Positions 39,892 to 53,509 of a DNA stretch of 64,000 bases are shown here, piece after piece. Source of the stretch: Octopus sinensis. Lineage: Eukaryota. A program made the position numbers and the translations under genes. Each line of letters begins with the position of its first letter. Within the stretch, counting starts at the first letter, position 1. The notes under the pieces are model-generated. The model saw only the letters and a program-made list of their open reading frames with translations. It was not told the DNA's origin and ran no database searches. The stretch covers positions 65,906,001 through 65,970,000 of the forward strand of contig NC_043004.1 in NCBI RefSeq assembly GCF_006345805.1. Direction: 5' to 3'.

Positions 39892-40945
39892 ACACTCGTA
39901 TAGAATATATATTCACCGATACACAATTGTACATACATCCTTCTCACTCCTCCTTCTCCTACTTCTACTTCTCCCTCTGCTTTTGTATTTTGATACGCAT
40001 ATACACACACATAGATACATACATACACACATTTGTGTATGTGTATATATATATATATATATGTATGTATATGTATATGGATATAGTTCGTGGCTAGTTA
40101 TCGTCTTCCCGAGAGAACAATATAATTGTTAATTAATAGAATGTAACTTAGGCATATATACATATTTATTCCCCCGGAACTCCAAACGCCCACTCGCACA
40201 CCAGCACGCACATACACATGCACACACGCACATTAAATTTACCAGCATATACACCCATACACATCTATACGATTACAAACATATGTATTAATGCATGTTC
40301 TTGTGTTAATAGGCATATATGCGTATGTCCACATATCCACACACATATGTATCTATATGTATGTATTTATATGTATATATATACACACACATATAGACAC
40401 ATACTTACATATATATGTATGTATGTATGTATATGTATGTATATACACACGGAGACACACATATGTGTATGTGTGTAAGATTCGCTACTCTTTGTAATGG
40501 GTGACTCACCTCACTTCAATACAGAGGCGTTTAGAACACCGAATAACACTTTCTTTGTTAGAGATATTAGTTACAATACTCTCCATGGCAACGATATTAA
40601 TCTTATCCTCCACACCCTACCACATCTCAGCCCGCCGCCTCTATCAGTGTCTCTACCAGTCTGCCTACATATACCAGATCAATCGGACTTTAGTCTAGCA
40701 TTGTAATTATATCATACGATCTTATTGAATGTTTATCTGAATAATCTCCTTTTTAATATTACGTGCTGACATACATATACGCAGACAGACATACATACAT
40801 GCACACATGCAATCAATCTTGCGTATATACATGCAAACATGCATACATACATATATACATACATATATATATGTATTTATATGCACACAATGCGTATCTA
40901 TATTCATTCACACATAACATATACAAACATGTGTATCTGTTCTTA

Positions 40946-41328
40946 TCTCTCTCTATATAAACGGCAGTTTGTCTGTGCGTGTTTCTGTGTGTCTGTTTGC
41001 TTGTATCCTCACCCTGACCACGGCTTTCAACCGATTCTGATGAAACTTGACACACACATAGCCCAATGTCATAATTCAAAACTAACGCAGCGAAAATTTT
41101 GAAAAGTTCACCCAGTTCTGAAAAATATCGCTAAATTCGACATGGGGTCGAGAATCAGAAACACAAACCACAAACTGTCTAGGGGACGCAACTCCACCTT
41201 TTTTAACTCTCAAAAAAATTTACCATCATTTTTTTCCATTTTTTTGCTATTTTTTTGCTATAACTCTCTACAAATGCTTTATAGTTATTTCCCTTACAAA
41301 CCTGAGCAACGCCGGGCGATACTGCTAG
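40946..41328 (+). mobile_element. Non-autonomous Helitron
   Basis: A|TC start and CTAG|T end, with subterminal hairpin cctgagcaacgccggg. Shares cgatt.tgatgaaacttg with the 59689 element. Confidence 0.75.
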
Positions 41329-41354
41329 TATTTGTATATAAGCGCAAGAGTGTC

Positions 41355-41570
41355 TGTGTGGTACGTAGCTTGCTTCCCAACCACATGGTTCCAGGTTCAG
41401 TCCCACTGCGTGGCAGCTTGGGCAAGTGTCTTCTGCTATAGCTTCAGCCGGACCGAAGTGTATTTGGTAGCGGAAATTGAAAGAAGCTATATTCCTGAGC
41501 GTTATACTAATACATCTGTTTGTTTTGTACGTCACCTGTCTTCGTCTGTTTTTTTCGTAAACTTTCTCGA
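41355..41570 (+). mobile_element. SINE family A 5' part joined to a PLE 3'-end fragment
   Basis: 41355-41487 matches 63470-63610; 41488-41570 matches 36405-36485. Confidence 0.7.
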
Positions 41571-41590
41571 TATATATATATATAATATAT

Positions 41591-41634
<44 letters not shown>

Positions 41635-41834
41635 CATATATATATATGTATGTGGTATGTGTGTGGTATGGTATGTATATAAATATATATATATATATAT
41701 GGTGGTGATTTTAGTCTCAGCAACTTACCTGTTCGAGAAAAGGAGACGATAGAATAAGTACTAGGCTTCCAAAGTATAAAAATATATATACGCACACATA
41801 TACGTATAATGATATAGACATTAATGGTGATGAC

Positions 41835-41877
<43 letters not shown>

Positions 41878-41879
<2 letters not shown>

Positions 41880-42080
41880 TGTGAAATAGAAAGATGAATA
41901 AACTTGTAGCAGATTAATCAAAAGTTTAACCGATACCTTGGTAGCAAAAATCACAGCAGAAGACAGCACGGTTGGAGGTACAACCATATGGTGTTGCAAC
42001 CGTGCGTTGGTGCGGATAATTGAATTTTAATATTATTATTATTAATATTATTAATATTATATGTTTGTATCTTCACCAAT
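41878..42080 (-). mobile_element. Terminal-repeat fragment of the 19741-21257 PLE family
   Basis: Nearly identical to 19741-19890; bounded by (TA)n. Confidence 0.8.
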
Positions 42081-42090
42081 AATATATATA

Positions 42091-42129
<39 letters not shown>

Positions 42130-42413
42130 CGTAATAATGAAGGGTGAAATTAATTAATTTGGAAAAATTATCAATTACACCAAGTAGTCTTCGGCATGTA
42201 AAAGCCTCATTCGAGGAAAATTTAAGTAATACTAAGCAATAAGGGTTTAGCAACGAGTTGCCTTACCACATACCGAATTTAGAAATAGCAGTCAAAGGGT
42301 TATAGCTATTTCTTCTACTAAAAAGGGAGATCTCAGTAAAAACAGCATTTGGAAGGCACAAACAGGTAAGAGAGAATGAATTGACTGCAATCTATCATAC
42401 ATTTTTTTAGTTA

Positions 42414-42527
42414 TCCACGGACGTACGTTTCGAAATCAAGTTTTAAGGAAAACATACGAATTAAATATTAAATATTAAATAATAAATAATTCTATCTTAC
42501 CGAAACTTCTTTTCTCTTCAGCGTAAA
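42414..42527 (-). ncRNA. Type I hammerhead ribozyme, unit 1 (repeats every ~599 bp through unit 7)
   Basis: Plus strand tccacg-GACGTACG-TTTC-gaaatcaagttt...aaacttcttttc-TCTTCAG-cgta is the reverse complement of the motif at 47084-47195. Confidence 0.85.
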
Positions 42528-45500
42528 TACTATAATCATAAATGATTATATATTGAATTTTGAGATACCAGAAGGCACCAACTCCACTCAGTATCAGAGC
42601 GAGCTAGAACCCGCAACTGGTATCACCGAATTCATTTGTGAATGAAACGATTGTGTCAACAGCCCCTCCCACCCGCGTGTAGCCAAAACAAATGATGCTG
42701 TGGTCATCTACTGAGATAAAATATGGTTATCCGTATAATGAAGGGTGAAATTAATTAATTTGGAAAAATTATCATTACACCAATAGTCTTCGGCATTAAA
42801 AGCCTCATTCGAGGAAAATTTAAGTAATACTAAGCAATAAGGGTTTAGCAACGAGTTGCCTTACCACATACCGAATTTAGAAATAGCAGTCAAAGGTTAT
42901 AGCTATTTCTTCTACTAAAAAGGGAGATCTCAGTAAAAACAGCATTTGGAAGGCACAAACAGGTAAGAGAGAATGAATTGACTGCAATCTATCATACATT
43001 TTTTTAGTTATCCACGGACGTACGTTTCGAAATCAAGTTTTAAGGAAGCATACGATTTAAATATTAAATATAAATAATAAATAATTCTATCTTACCGAAA
43101 CTTCTTTTCTCTTCAGCGTAGAATACTATAATCATAAATGATTATATATTGAATTTTGAGATACCAGAAGGCACCAACTCCACTGAGTATCAGAGCGAGC
43201 TAGAACCCGCAACTGGTATCACCGAATTCAATTTGTGAATGAAACGATTGTGTCAACAGCCCCTTCCCACCCGCGTGTAGCCAAAACAAGATGCTGTGGT
43301 CATCTACTGAGATAAAATATGGTTATCCGTAATAATGAAGGGTGAAATTAATTAATTTGCAAAAATTATCAATTACACCAAGTAGCCTTCGGCATGTAAA
43401 AGCCTCATTCGAGGGAAATTTAAGTAATACTAAGCAATAAGGGTTTAGCAACGAGTTGCCTTACCACATACCGAATTTAGAAATAGCAGTCAAAGGGTTA
43501 TAGCTATTTCTTCTACTAAAAAGGGAGATCTCAGTAAAAACAGCATTTGGAAGGCACAAACAGGTAAGAGAGAATGAATTGACTGCAATCTATCATACAT
43601 TTTTTTAGTTATCCACGGACGTACGTTTCGAAATCAAGTTTTAAGGAAAGCATACGAATTAAATATTAAATATAAAATATAATAATTCTATCTTACCGAA
43701 ACTTCTTTTCTCTTCAGCGTAGAATACTATAATCATAAATGATTATATATTGAATTTTGAGATACCAGAAGGCACCAACTCCACTCAGTATCAGAGCGAG
43801 CTAGAACCCGCAACTGGTATCACCGAATTCAATTTGTGAATGAAACGATTGTGTCAACAGCCCCTTCCCACCCGCGTGTAGCCAAAACAAGATGCTGTGG
43901 TCATCTACTGAGATAAAATATGGTTATCCGTAATAATGAAGGGTGAAATTAATTAATTTGGAAAAATTATCAATTACACCAAGTAGTCTTCGGCATGTAA
44001 AAGCCTCATTCGAGGAAAATTTAAGTAATACTAAGCAATAAGGGTTTAGCAACGAGTTGCCTTACCACATACCGAATTTAAATAGCAGTCAAAAGGTTAT
44101 AGCTATTTCTTCTACTAAAAAGGGAGATCTCAGTAAAAACAGCATTTGAAGGCACAAACAGGTAAGAGAGAATGAATTGACTGCAATCTATCATACATTT
44201 TTTTAGTTATCCACGGACGTACGTTTCGAAATCAATTTTTAAGGAAAGCATACGAATTAAATATTAAATATTAAATAATAAATAATTCTATCTTACCGAA
44301 ACTTCTTTTCTCTTCAGCGTAGAATAGTATAATCATAAATGATTATATATTGAATTTTGAGATACCAGAAGGCACCAACTCCACTCAGTATCAGAGCGAG
44401 CTAGAACCCGCAACTGGTATCACCGAATTCAATTTGTGAATGAAACGATTGTGTCAACAGCCCCTTCCCACCCGCGTGTAGCCAAAACAGATGCTGTGGT
44501 CATCTACTGAGATAAAATATGGTTATCCGTAATAATGAAGGGTGAAATTAATTAATTTGGAAAAATTATCAATTACACCAAGTAGTCTTCGGCATGTAAA
44601 CCTCATTCGAGGAAAATTTAAGTAATACTAAGCAATAAGGGTTAGCAACGAGTTGCCTTACCACATACCGAATTTAGAAATAGCAGTCAAGGGTTATAGC
44701 TATTTCTTCTACTAAAAAGGGAGATCTCAGTAAAAAGCATTTGGAAGGCACAAACAGGTAAGAGAATGAATTGACTGCAATCTATCATACATTTTTTTAG
44801 TTATCCACGGACGTACGTTTCGAAATCAAGTTTTAAGGAAAGCATACGAATTAAATATTAAATATTAAATAATAAAAATTCTATCTTACCGAAACTTCTT
44901 TTCTCTTCAGCGTAGAATACTATAATCATAAATGATTATATATTGAATTTTGAGATACCAGAAGGCACCAACTCCACTCATAATCACCGAGCGACTAGAA
45001 CCCGCAACTGGTATCACCGAATTCATTTGTGAATGAAACGATTGTGTCAACAGCCCCTTCCCACCCGCGTGTAGCCAAAACAAGATGCTGTGGTCATCTA
45101 CTGAGATAAAATATGGTTATCCGTATAATGAAGGGTGAAATTAATTAATTTGGAAAAATATCAATTACACCAAGTAGTCTTCGGCATGTAAAAGCCTCAT
45201 TCGAGGAAAATTTAAGTAATACTAAGCAATAAGGGTTTAGCAACGAGTTGCCTTACCACATACCGAATTTAGAAATAGCAGTCAAAGGGTTATAGCTATT
45301 TCTTCTACTAAAAAGGGAGATCTCAGTAAAAACAGCATTTGGAAGGCACAAACAGGTAAGAGAGAATGAATTGACTGCAATCTATCATACATTTTTTTAG
45401 TTATCCACGGACGTACGTTTTCAAATCAAGTTTTAAGGAAAGCATACGATTAAATATTAAATATTAAATAATAAATAATTCTATCTTACCGAAACTTCTT

Positions 45501-47083
45501 TTCTCTTCAGCGTAGAATACTATAATCATAAATGATTATATATTGAATTTTGAGATACCAGAAGGCACCAACTCCACTCAGTATCAGAGCGAGCTAGAAC
45601 CCGCAACTGGTATCACCGAATTCAATTTGTGAATGAAACGATTGTGTCAACAGCCCCTTCCCACCCGCGTGTAGCCAAAACAAGATGCTGTGGTCATCTA
45701 CTGAGATAAAATATGGTTATCCGTAATAATGAAGGGTGAAATTAATTAATTTGGAAAAAATATCAATTACACCAAGTAGTCTTCGGCATGTAAAAGCCTC
45801 ATTCGAGGAAAATTTAAGTATAATACTAAGCAATAAGGGTTTAGCAACGAGTTGCCTTACCACATACCGAATTTAGAAATAGCAGTCAAAGGGTTATAGC
45901 TATTTCTTCTACTAAAAAGGGAGATCTCAGTAAAAAGCATTTGGAAGGCAAAACAGGTAAGAGAGAATGAATTGACTGCAATCTATCATACATTTTTTTA
46001 GTTATCCACGGACGTACGTTTCGAAATCAAGTTTTAAGGAGCATACGAATTAAATATTAAATATTAAATAATAATAATTCTATCTTACCGAAACTTCTTT
46101 TCTCTTCAGCGTAGAATACTATAATCATAAATGATTATATATTGAATTTTGAGATACCAGAAGGCAACCAACTCCACTCAGTATCAGAGCGAGCTAGAAC
46201 CCGCAACTGGTATCACCGAATTCAATTTGTGAATGAAACGATTGTGTCAACAGTCCCTTCCCACCCGCGTGTAGCCAAAACAAGATGCTGTGGTCATCTA
46301 CTGAGATAAAATATGGTTATCCGTAATAACGCTACACGCGGGTGGGAAGGGGCTGTTGACACAATCGTTTCATTCACAAATTGAATTCGGTGATACCAGT
46401 TGCGGGTTCTAGCTCGCTCTGATACTGAGTGGAGTTGGTGCCTTCTGGTATCTCAAAATTCAATATATAATCATTTATGATTATAGTATTCTACGCTGAA
46501 GAGAAAAGAAGTTTCGGTAAGATAGATTATTTATTATTTAATATTTAATATTTAATTCGTATGCTTTCCTTAAAACTTGATTTGGAAACGTACGTCCGTG
46601 GATAACAAAAAAATGTATGATATATTGCAGTCAATTCATTCTCTCTTACCTGTTTGTGCCTTCCAAATGCTGTTTTTACTGAGATCTCCCTTTTTAGTAG
46701 AAGAAATAGCTATAACCCTTTGACTGCTATTTCTAAATTCGGTATGTGGTAAGGCAACTCGTTGCTAAACCTTATTGCTTAGTATTACTTAAATTTTCTC
46801 GAATGAGGCTTTTACATGCCGAAGACTACTTGGTGTAATTGATAATTTTTCAAATTAATTAATTTCACCCTCATTATTACGGAAACCATATTTTATTTCA
46901 GTAGATGACCACAGCATCTTGTTTTGGCTACACGCGGGTGGGAAGGGGCTGTTGACACAATCGTTTCATTCACAAATTGAATTCGGTGATACCAGTTGCG
47001 GGTTCTAGCTCGCTCTGATACTGAGTGGAGTTGGTGCCTTCTGGTATCTCAAAATTCAATATAATCATTTATGATTATAGTAT

Positions 47084-47195
47084 TCTACGCTGAAGAGAAA
47101 AGAAGTTTCGGTAAGATAGAATTATTTATTATTAATATTTAATATTTAATCGTATGCTTTCCTTAAAACTTGATTTCGAAACGTACGTCCGTGGA
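47084..47195 (+). ncRNA. Type I hammerhead ribozyme in an inverted unit (another at 46490-46602)
   Basis: tctacg-CTGAAGA-gaaa ag aagttt ...aaactt ga tttc-GAAA-CGTAC-GTC-cgtgga. 6-bp helix I, long helix II, palindromic ACGTACGT helix III; predicted cut after C47189. Confidence 0.88.
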
Positions 47196-47375
47196 TAACT
47201 AAAAAAATGTATGATAGATTGCAGTCAATTCATTCTCTCTTACCTGTTTGTGCCTTCCAAATGCTGTTTTTACTGAGATCTCCCTTTTTAGTAGAAGAAA
47301 TAGCTATAACCCTTTGACTGCTATTTCTAAATTCGGTATGTGGTAAGGCAACTCGTTGCTAACCCCTTATGCTTA

Positions 47376-47423
<48 letters not shown>

Positions 47424-47464
47424 ATATTTATACTTATTATGCAGATTATTTTTCAACACTCGTC

Positions 47465-47830
47465 GGCGTGACTGTGTAATAAGATACTTACCACCCAAAC
47501 AAATGGTTCTGGGTGCAATCCCACTTTGGGGTAACCTGGGCGTGTGTCTTTTACTATAGCATCGGGCCGAATATACTCTTGTGAGTGGATTTGGTAGGCG
47601 TAATTTTAAAGAAATATATTTACATATGTATAAATCAATGTGTGCACTCTCTCTGCCGCCGATCATCGCTACTGTTTTCTTTTTGTCCCTGTAATCTAGC
47701 GGTTCGGCAAAAGGGACCGATACAATCAATACTAGGCTGAACAAAAATATTTGGGGTTCGATTTGTTGGCCTAAAACTCTTCAAGGTGATGCGCCTGCAT
47801 GTCCGCAATCATATATCAGAAACAATAGAA
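47465..47830 (+). mobile_element. SINE family A (diverged)
   Basis: ctatagcatcgggccga..cttgtgagtggatttggtag..tagcggttcggcaaaag. Confidence 0.7.
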
Positions 47831-47985
47831 TAGAAGAATAGAATAAAAAAACATATGTATACGTATACACACACACACACACACATACAAACACATACAC
47901 GCACACACATATATACAGCCACATACACACACACACATATATACACACACACTCTCACACATACACACATACATATATATATATA

Positions 47986-48272
47986 TGGTTAGAGCAGCGG
48001 ACTCGTGGTCGTAGGATCGCGGTTTCGATTCCCAGACCGGGCGTTGTGAGTATTTATTGAGCGAAAACACCTAAAAGCTCCACGGCGCTCCGGCAGGGGA
48101 TGCATGACCCCTGTTGTACTCTTTCACCACTCTTTCTCCCACTCTTTCTTCTGTTGGCCTGTTCGCTTAGCCAGCGGGGTGGCGTCATTCGAAGGCTAAA
48201 ACGATGCGAACGCATTGTGACCAGCGATGTGTAACAACATCTGATGGTCTGGTCGGTCACGGGATCACGTGA
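47986..48272 (+). mobile_element. SINE family C
   Basis: tggttagagcagcggactcg..ggtttcgattcccagaccgg; homologous to 31137-31437. Confidence 0.85.
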
Positions 48273-49343
48273 TGTATATATATATATATATATATACATA
48301 GATACAAAGTGAGATAGGGGTTATGAGTGTAACCCACTATGGGATATCATTTATCCAATATACTGCCAGTGAAGTACCCAAAAGGCTAATACATAAATGC
48401 TTAGAATTGCAATGCAATTAGTTCATTTATTGTATTAGATGGGCGAAGGTAAAATGTTTTACCTCAAATTCATAATACAAAATAAGAAAATGGAGGAACA
48501 GATTCCTTAAAATCATCAACTTAAAGATAATACCAATTCATATAATTTATTAACTAATTAAATAGGAACATCCAAATCCAACAGAGATGATTGTAAGGAA
48601 TCTATTCCTTCATATTCTTATTTTATATACATAGATATATATCTATATATCTATGTATATATACATACATGCCGGCATACATTCATTCGCAATCGTAGTT
48701 ATCTATGTTTGTGTGAATGTGTAATTGTAATTTGGGAGAGATGTCACGCGTTTCACAAGCACGTAATGAGACGCGAAAGCAGACAGCCATTTAGAGGGAC
48801 AGAAAAACAACCAGACTGACAGACGCACGGACAGACTGACAGACCTATGGATAGATATACAGATAGATCGATAGTTTGTTATAAAGAAATAAAGAGAGAA
48901 AATTTGAACTCCTAGTAAGAGATAAATGGCTTTGATGAGAATTATTTCTGAATGTCTGTGTATTCGTATGTGTTCCATGTTCCATATTCTACATCGAATT
49001 AGAGGAATGTTTCTTTGGACCCCAAAGACCGCAAGAATTTTGCGTGGTGGTGGAGGATGCGGCATTTCTCGTATTCAGTGTATCTAATTTTTGCCATATT
49101 GTTTTTGCAACACCTGGTTCTTTGATGCATGTATCGATACTAACACACTTTACAAATCTTTGGTTTTACAGAATTTAAATAAATCATCAACAACAACTTG
49201 ACAAGTTGACACAGAACAATGATCAAATCATTACACGGTCATTCAACCGGAAAGAACTAACAGACGATTCCTTTTCTAATTATATTCTGGCATCTGAAAA
49301 CAGAATGCATACATCTACATACATATGTCTGCAAATTAAAATA

Positions 49344-49405
<62 letters not shown>

Positions 49406-49839
49406 ACATACACACATACAACTGGAAACATTTGATCATAGGTGATTGGTACTAATGTGACAGATGAATAAGAAGAATGAGGAAAAATTATACAGACTCA
49501 AATAAGTGGCGTTAAATATATGTGTATCTGTCGTATATGTGTGTATGTGTGTCTAGGCGTGTATCTATCTGTCTCACGCAGATACATATATACACTCAGA
49601 CTCATACACTTATACACACATATGCACATACATACATGCATGTATGCGTGCATACATACACATATACATACATATATGCATACATACATGCATGCATACA
49701 TACATACATGCATACATACATACATACATACATGTACGCATGCATGCATACGCTCATACATAAATATATGCATATATATATATACATGCATAAATGCATA
49801 CATACAAGCGCACATGCATATACATACACACAGAGATTG

Positions 49840-50150
49840 GCGCAGAAATAGCTATGTGGTAAGTTTACATCCCGACCACATGGTTCTGGGTTCATTCCAA
49901 CTACGCAGCACCTGGGGCAAGTATATATATATATATATGTATCTGTGTGTGTGCGTGTGTGGTTGTGTGTTTGCCTTTGTGTCTATGTTTGTCCCTCATC
50001 AACGCTTCACAACTGGTGTCGGTGTGCTTGCTTCACCTTAACATAGTGGTTCGGCTAAAAGCAACCGATAGAATAAATATAAGGCTTACCAAGGAAATAA
50101 ATATCAAGGTCGATTCATACAACTAAAGACCCCGAAGACGGTGTCGCAAA
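49840..50150 (+). mobile_element. SINE family A (diverged)
   Basis: ggcgcag..gtggtaag..ccacatggttctgggttca..tggttcggctaaaagcaaccgatagaataa. Confidence 0.65.
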
Positions 50151-50173
50151 TCTACTAACTTCAGAAAAAAAAG

Positions 50174-50216
<43 letters not shown>

Positions 50217-50264
50217 TGTGCGTGTATGTGTCCCATCACCTCTTGACAACCAGTAAAAAGCCCT

Positions 50265-50543
50265 TCGCTCGTGAATGCTACCCTCCGGGCACAAATCCGG
50301 GCAAGGTTGTTAATGGGAGACCAGCAGTTGCCAATGCATACCAGCCTCCCCTCTTCATGCCACCAATGTTACCCCAGGGAACGGCAAATGCCAAACAATC
50401 TCGGCTCTTGGCACCCGTGATGCTGCAACACATTTCTACGGCCAAATGAACTGGAACAACCTGAAATGAAATATCTTGCTCGAAAACAAGGTCCCTGAAT
50501 CGAACTCGTGAGTGTGAGCTCGACGTTCTTAGCACTGTGCCAT
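50265..50543 (-). mobile_element. tRNA-derived SINE (family E)
   Basis: Minus strand gaaggcgcaTGGCACAGTGctaag..gaGTTCGATTCa..cgagcaagatattt. Confidence 0.55.
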
Positions 50544-50699
50544 GCGCCTTCACACACTCATACAACACACCCACATGTGCACACACAAATATACACATTA
50601 CATGCACATATGTATACAAATGTGTGTATGTATGTATGGGTGGATGTATGCATGCATGTATGTGTATATATATATATATATATATATAATTTAGACAGA

Positions 50700-50784
50700 T
50701 ACATAGATATAAAGATAGATAGATATATAGAGATAGATAGCTAAATAAATAGATAGATAGATAGATAAATAAATAAATAAATAA

Positions 50785-50856
<72 letters not shown>

Positions 50857-50886
50857 TTAGATAGATAGATAGATAGATAGATAGAT
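50700..50886. repeat. (GATA)n microsatellite
   Basis: Read directly from the sequence. Confidence 0.95.
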
Positions 50887-51671
50887 GTAATGTTATACGT
50901 ATTATTACGTTTTATAAATCCGATAACGGTAATAATAAAGAAATTACGATTATAAAACATGCAAAAATATTAGGATGTATCGTAGTGTATTTGACATTTA
51001 AATGGCCGCTAAAACTCCAGGTCGTTGCAATAGCATTTTCGTGTATATAACAGGCAATAATGTTGTAAATCCTTCACGCCAGCCATATTTTCATACAATA
51101 TATGTTTGAATGGGTGATTTACCCTTTATTTTAGACGATTTTTATCTGTCTAGCTTCCTATGAAATATATCATTGGTGGCAACGATTGTGAAAAGGATAT
51201 ATGCAGGAAAAATTATTACAGATAGTTCATTATTCTGTAAAAAACAAAAAATGGGTCGAGAATATCTATCAAATATGTCGTAGAAGGGACTATGAATGAT
51301 GGAAAGAGGTTACATTCTTTAGGGTGACGCAAATAGTGCTGATTGCCGTTGTTTTTATGGATGAAGATAATGATGTCTGTTGTGGTGGCCGTAGTTGGAG
51401 TGGTCAATTTTGTTTTTTTTTTAGTGGTGTGAGTGAAAATGACGTTCATGTCGATGATTTTGATGCTGATGTTCTCGACGTTGATGACGATAATGATGGT
51501 GATGATGACGACGACAGCAATGAAGTACGATAAGTCAGGTGATGGCGGCGGTAGTGTTGGTAGTAGTGGTGTAGGTGGCGATGCTGGTGGCAGTAGCGGC
51601 GGGGGCGGTGGTATTTCTATACGTAACGATGGTGGCTGTCGTGACGCTCATAATGTTAAAGATAACAGTAA

Positions 51672-52096
51672 GGCGGCGAGATGGTATAATCGGTAACATG
51701 TCTTAGCACGCCGGGCGAAATGTTTAGCGGTATTTCATCTGCCTTTACGTTCTGAGTTCAAATTCCGCCGAGGTCGCCTTTCCTTTTCATCCTTTCGGGG
51801 TCGATAAATTAAGTGCCAGTTGTGTACTGGGTTCGATCAAATGAAATGACCCCCTCCCCAAAAATTTCGGGCCTTGTGCCTAGAGTAGAAAAGAATCGGT
51901 AACACGCTGGACAAAATGTTCAACGGCATTACACCTGTCTGTTGACGAAATTCCAAATTCCAAATTCCTCCGAGGTTGATTTTGCCTTTCATACTTTCGC
52001 AGTCAATTAAATGATGGCTAGTGGAGCACTGACATCGATGTAATCGACTTAACCCCACCATCGAAATTGCTGGCCTTGTGCCAAAATTTGAAACCT
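51672..52096 (+). mobile_element. Two tandem SINE family B copies
   Basis: acgttctgagttcaaattccgccgaggtcg..ttcatcctttcggggtcgataaattaag, then a second diverged copy from ~51900. Confidence 0.75.
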
Positions 52097-52169
52097 CGGA
52101 CGATGATGTGCTGAACATTTCCTCATTATGGGTAAAAGAAAATACAAGACGATGATTTAATTATGATTT

Positions 52170-52310
52170 TATTCAAAGTATTCCTCTCTCACTGATGCGG
52201 TTCTTCACCTTTTCTAAACCCTGTAAAAAAGAATCTGAATGTTGGGCATCTAACCAGGCCTTTCGCGATACCCTTATAGCAAGGATATTTTCGGCATCCC
52301 TCCTATATGA
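52170..52310 (-). mobile_element. Mariner C-terminal remnant
   Basis: Minus strand KAWLDAQHSDSFLQGLEKVKNR resembles a mariner C-terminus. Confidence 0.4.
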
Positions 52311-52824
52311 AAGGGAGCAGTATTGGTTTTATGACTTGTGATAATACTGGATCCCAGCGTGTAGCAGCTTGGACAAATGTCTTTGTGAACGTAGCCTAGG
52401 AATGACCCAAGTTTTCCGTATAAATTTTAGACGGTGCAAACTGTGGATTCTCTCCCAAATGGAATGATATCTGTAATTCGAAAGACCCAAGCTTTCTCAC
52501 ATTCTGTGTTCGGCAGATTCGTCGAGTGACCTGCATCATGTGTGCACATGTTTCTCGAGTACTCAGATTCTTTCATGTTCAAATGAAGGGTCGGGCATTC
52601 ACATCATTGATCCCACAGAACGCCTATCACCCATGATATTCATACATGGTATACGTCTTTGCTGTTGTTGCTGTTGCTCTCGTTGTTGTTGTTTTGCTGT
52701 TGCTGTAGTGTTGTTTGTGTTGCTGTAAATGTTATTGCTGTTGTAGCTGTTATTGTTGTTGGTAGTGTTGCCGTTGTTTTCTGTTCCAGTCCTTGCTGCT
52801 GTTGTTGTTGCAGCTTATTTCTTT

Positions 52825-53012
52825 ACTGCCCACAAGGGGCTAAACATAGACCGACAAAGTGATTAAGTCAATTTCATCGACCCCAGTGCGTAACTGGTAC
52901 TTAATTTATCGACCCTGAATGGATGAAAGGCAAAGTCGACCTCGGCGGAATTTGAACTCAGAACGTAAAGATAGACAAAATACTGCGAAGCATTTCGCCC
53001 GGCGTGCTAACG
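52825..53012 (-). mobile_element. SINE family B
   Basis: Reverse complement of the 51700-51840 type sequence. Confidence 0.8.
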
Positions 53013-53509
53013 GTTCTGTTGTTGTTGCAGCTGTTGATGCTATTCTGTTGTTGCTGTTTATTCCTTGGAGAACCTTTACCGACAAAACCAGTTGTCACAA
53101 TTCTTGCAGCTCTGACCTTTCCAATATATTCTCGAACACAAGACACCCACGACCACATTGCAAAAACGTAAGGCTTCCCACGAAATTAAGGTGGGGGGGT
53201 GGGGGTGGGGGGTTAGCTAATTTGTGTGCTATTTTTAACAGGTCAAGTTAACACATAAATGTTCTGTTATTAGCTTGTTGGTGACGCAGAATACAGTTCT
53301 TACCGTGTTGCGTATGTTGATATTACGGAGCGAAAATTACGAAGAAATTGCTGAGTTTCGTTGCTGTGAAGATATGGATTTTAATGATGCTGGGGGGGGG
53401 GGGGGGAGAACACGTATTCATCAAGTTGTTACTTCTGCTGCTTAAACTGCAGAAGAAAGCGGCGTAAAATGTTATTAGTTATTGTGTAACGAAACTTGAG
53501 TTAGAAAGG

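Larger units (their letters stand above)
42130..47377. repeat. Array of ~599-bp non-coding units: 7 head-to-tail copies (42130-46329) plus ~1.75 inverted copies (46330-47377), one hammerhead per unit
   Basis: Unit starts at ~42130, 42732, 43328, 43929, 44528, 45122 and 45722; inversion at ~46330. No ORF of 60 aa or more in the track. (TA)n on both sides. Confidence 0.97.

Noticed and set aside
41037-41047. CTGATGAAAC in the Helitron
   Set aside because: The core halves overlap with no helix II; this is a shared Helitron internal motif.
42130-47377. CRISPR array or rDNA/snRNA tandem cluster
   Set aside because: Whole 600-bp units repeat with no unique spacers, and I see no recognisable 5S, snRNA or SL RNA sequence.
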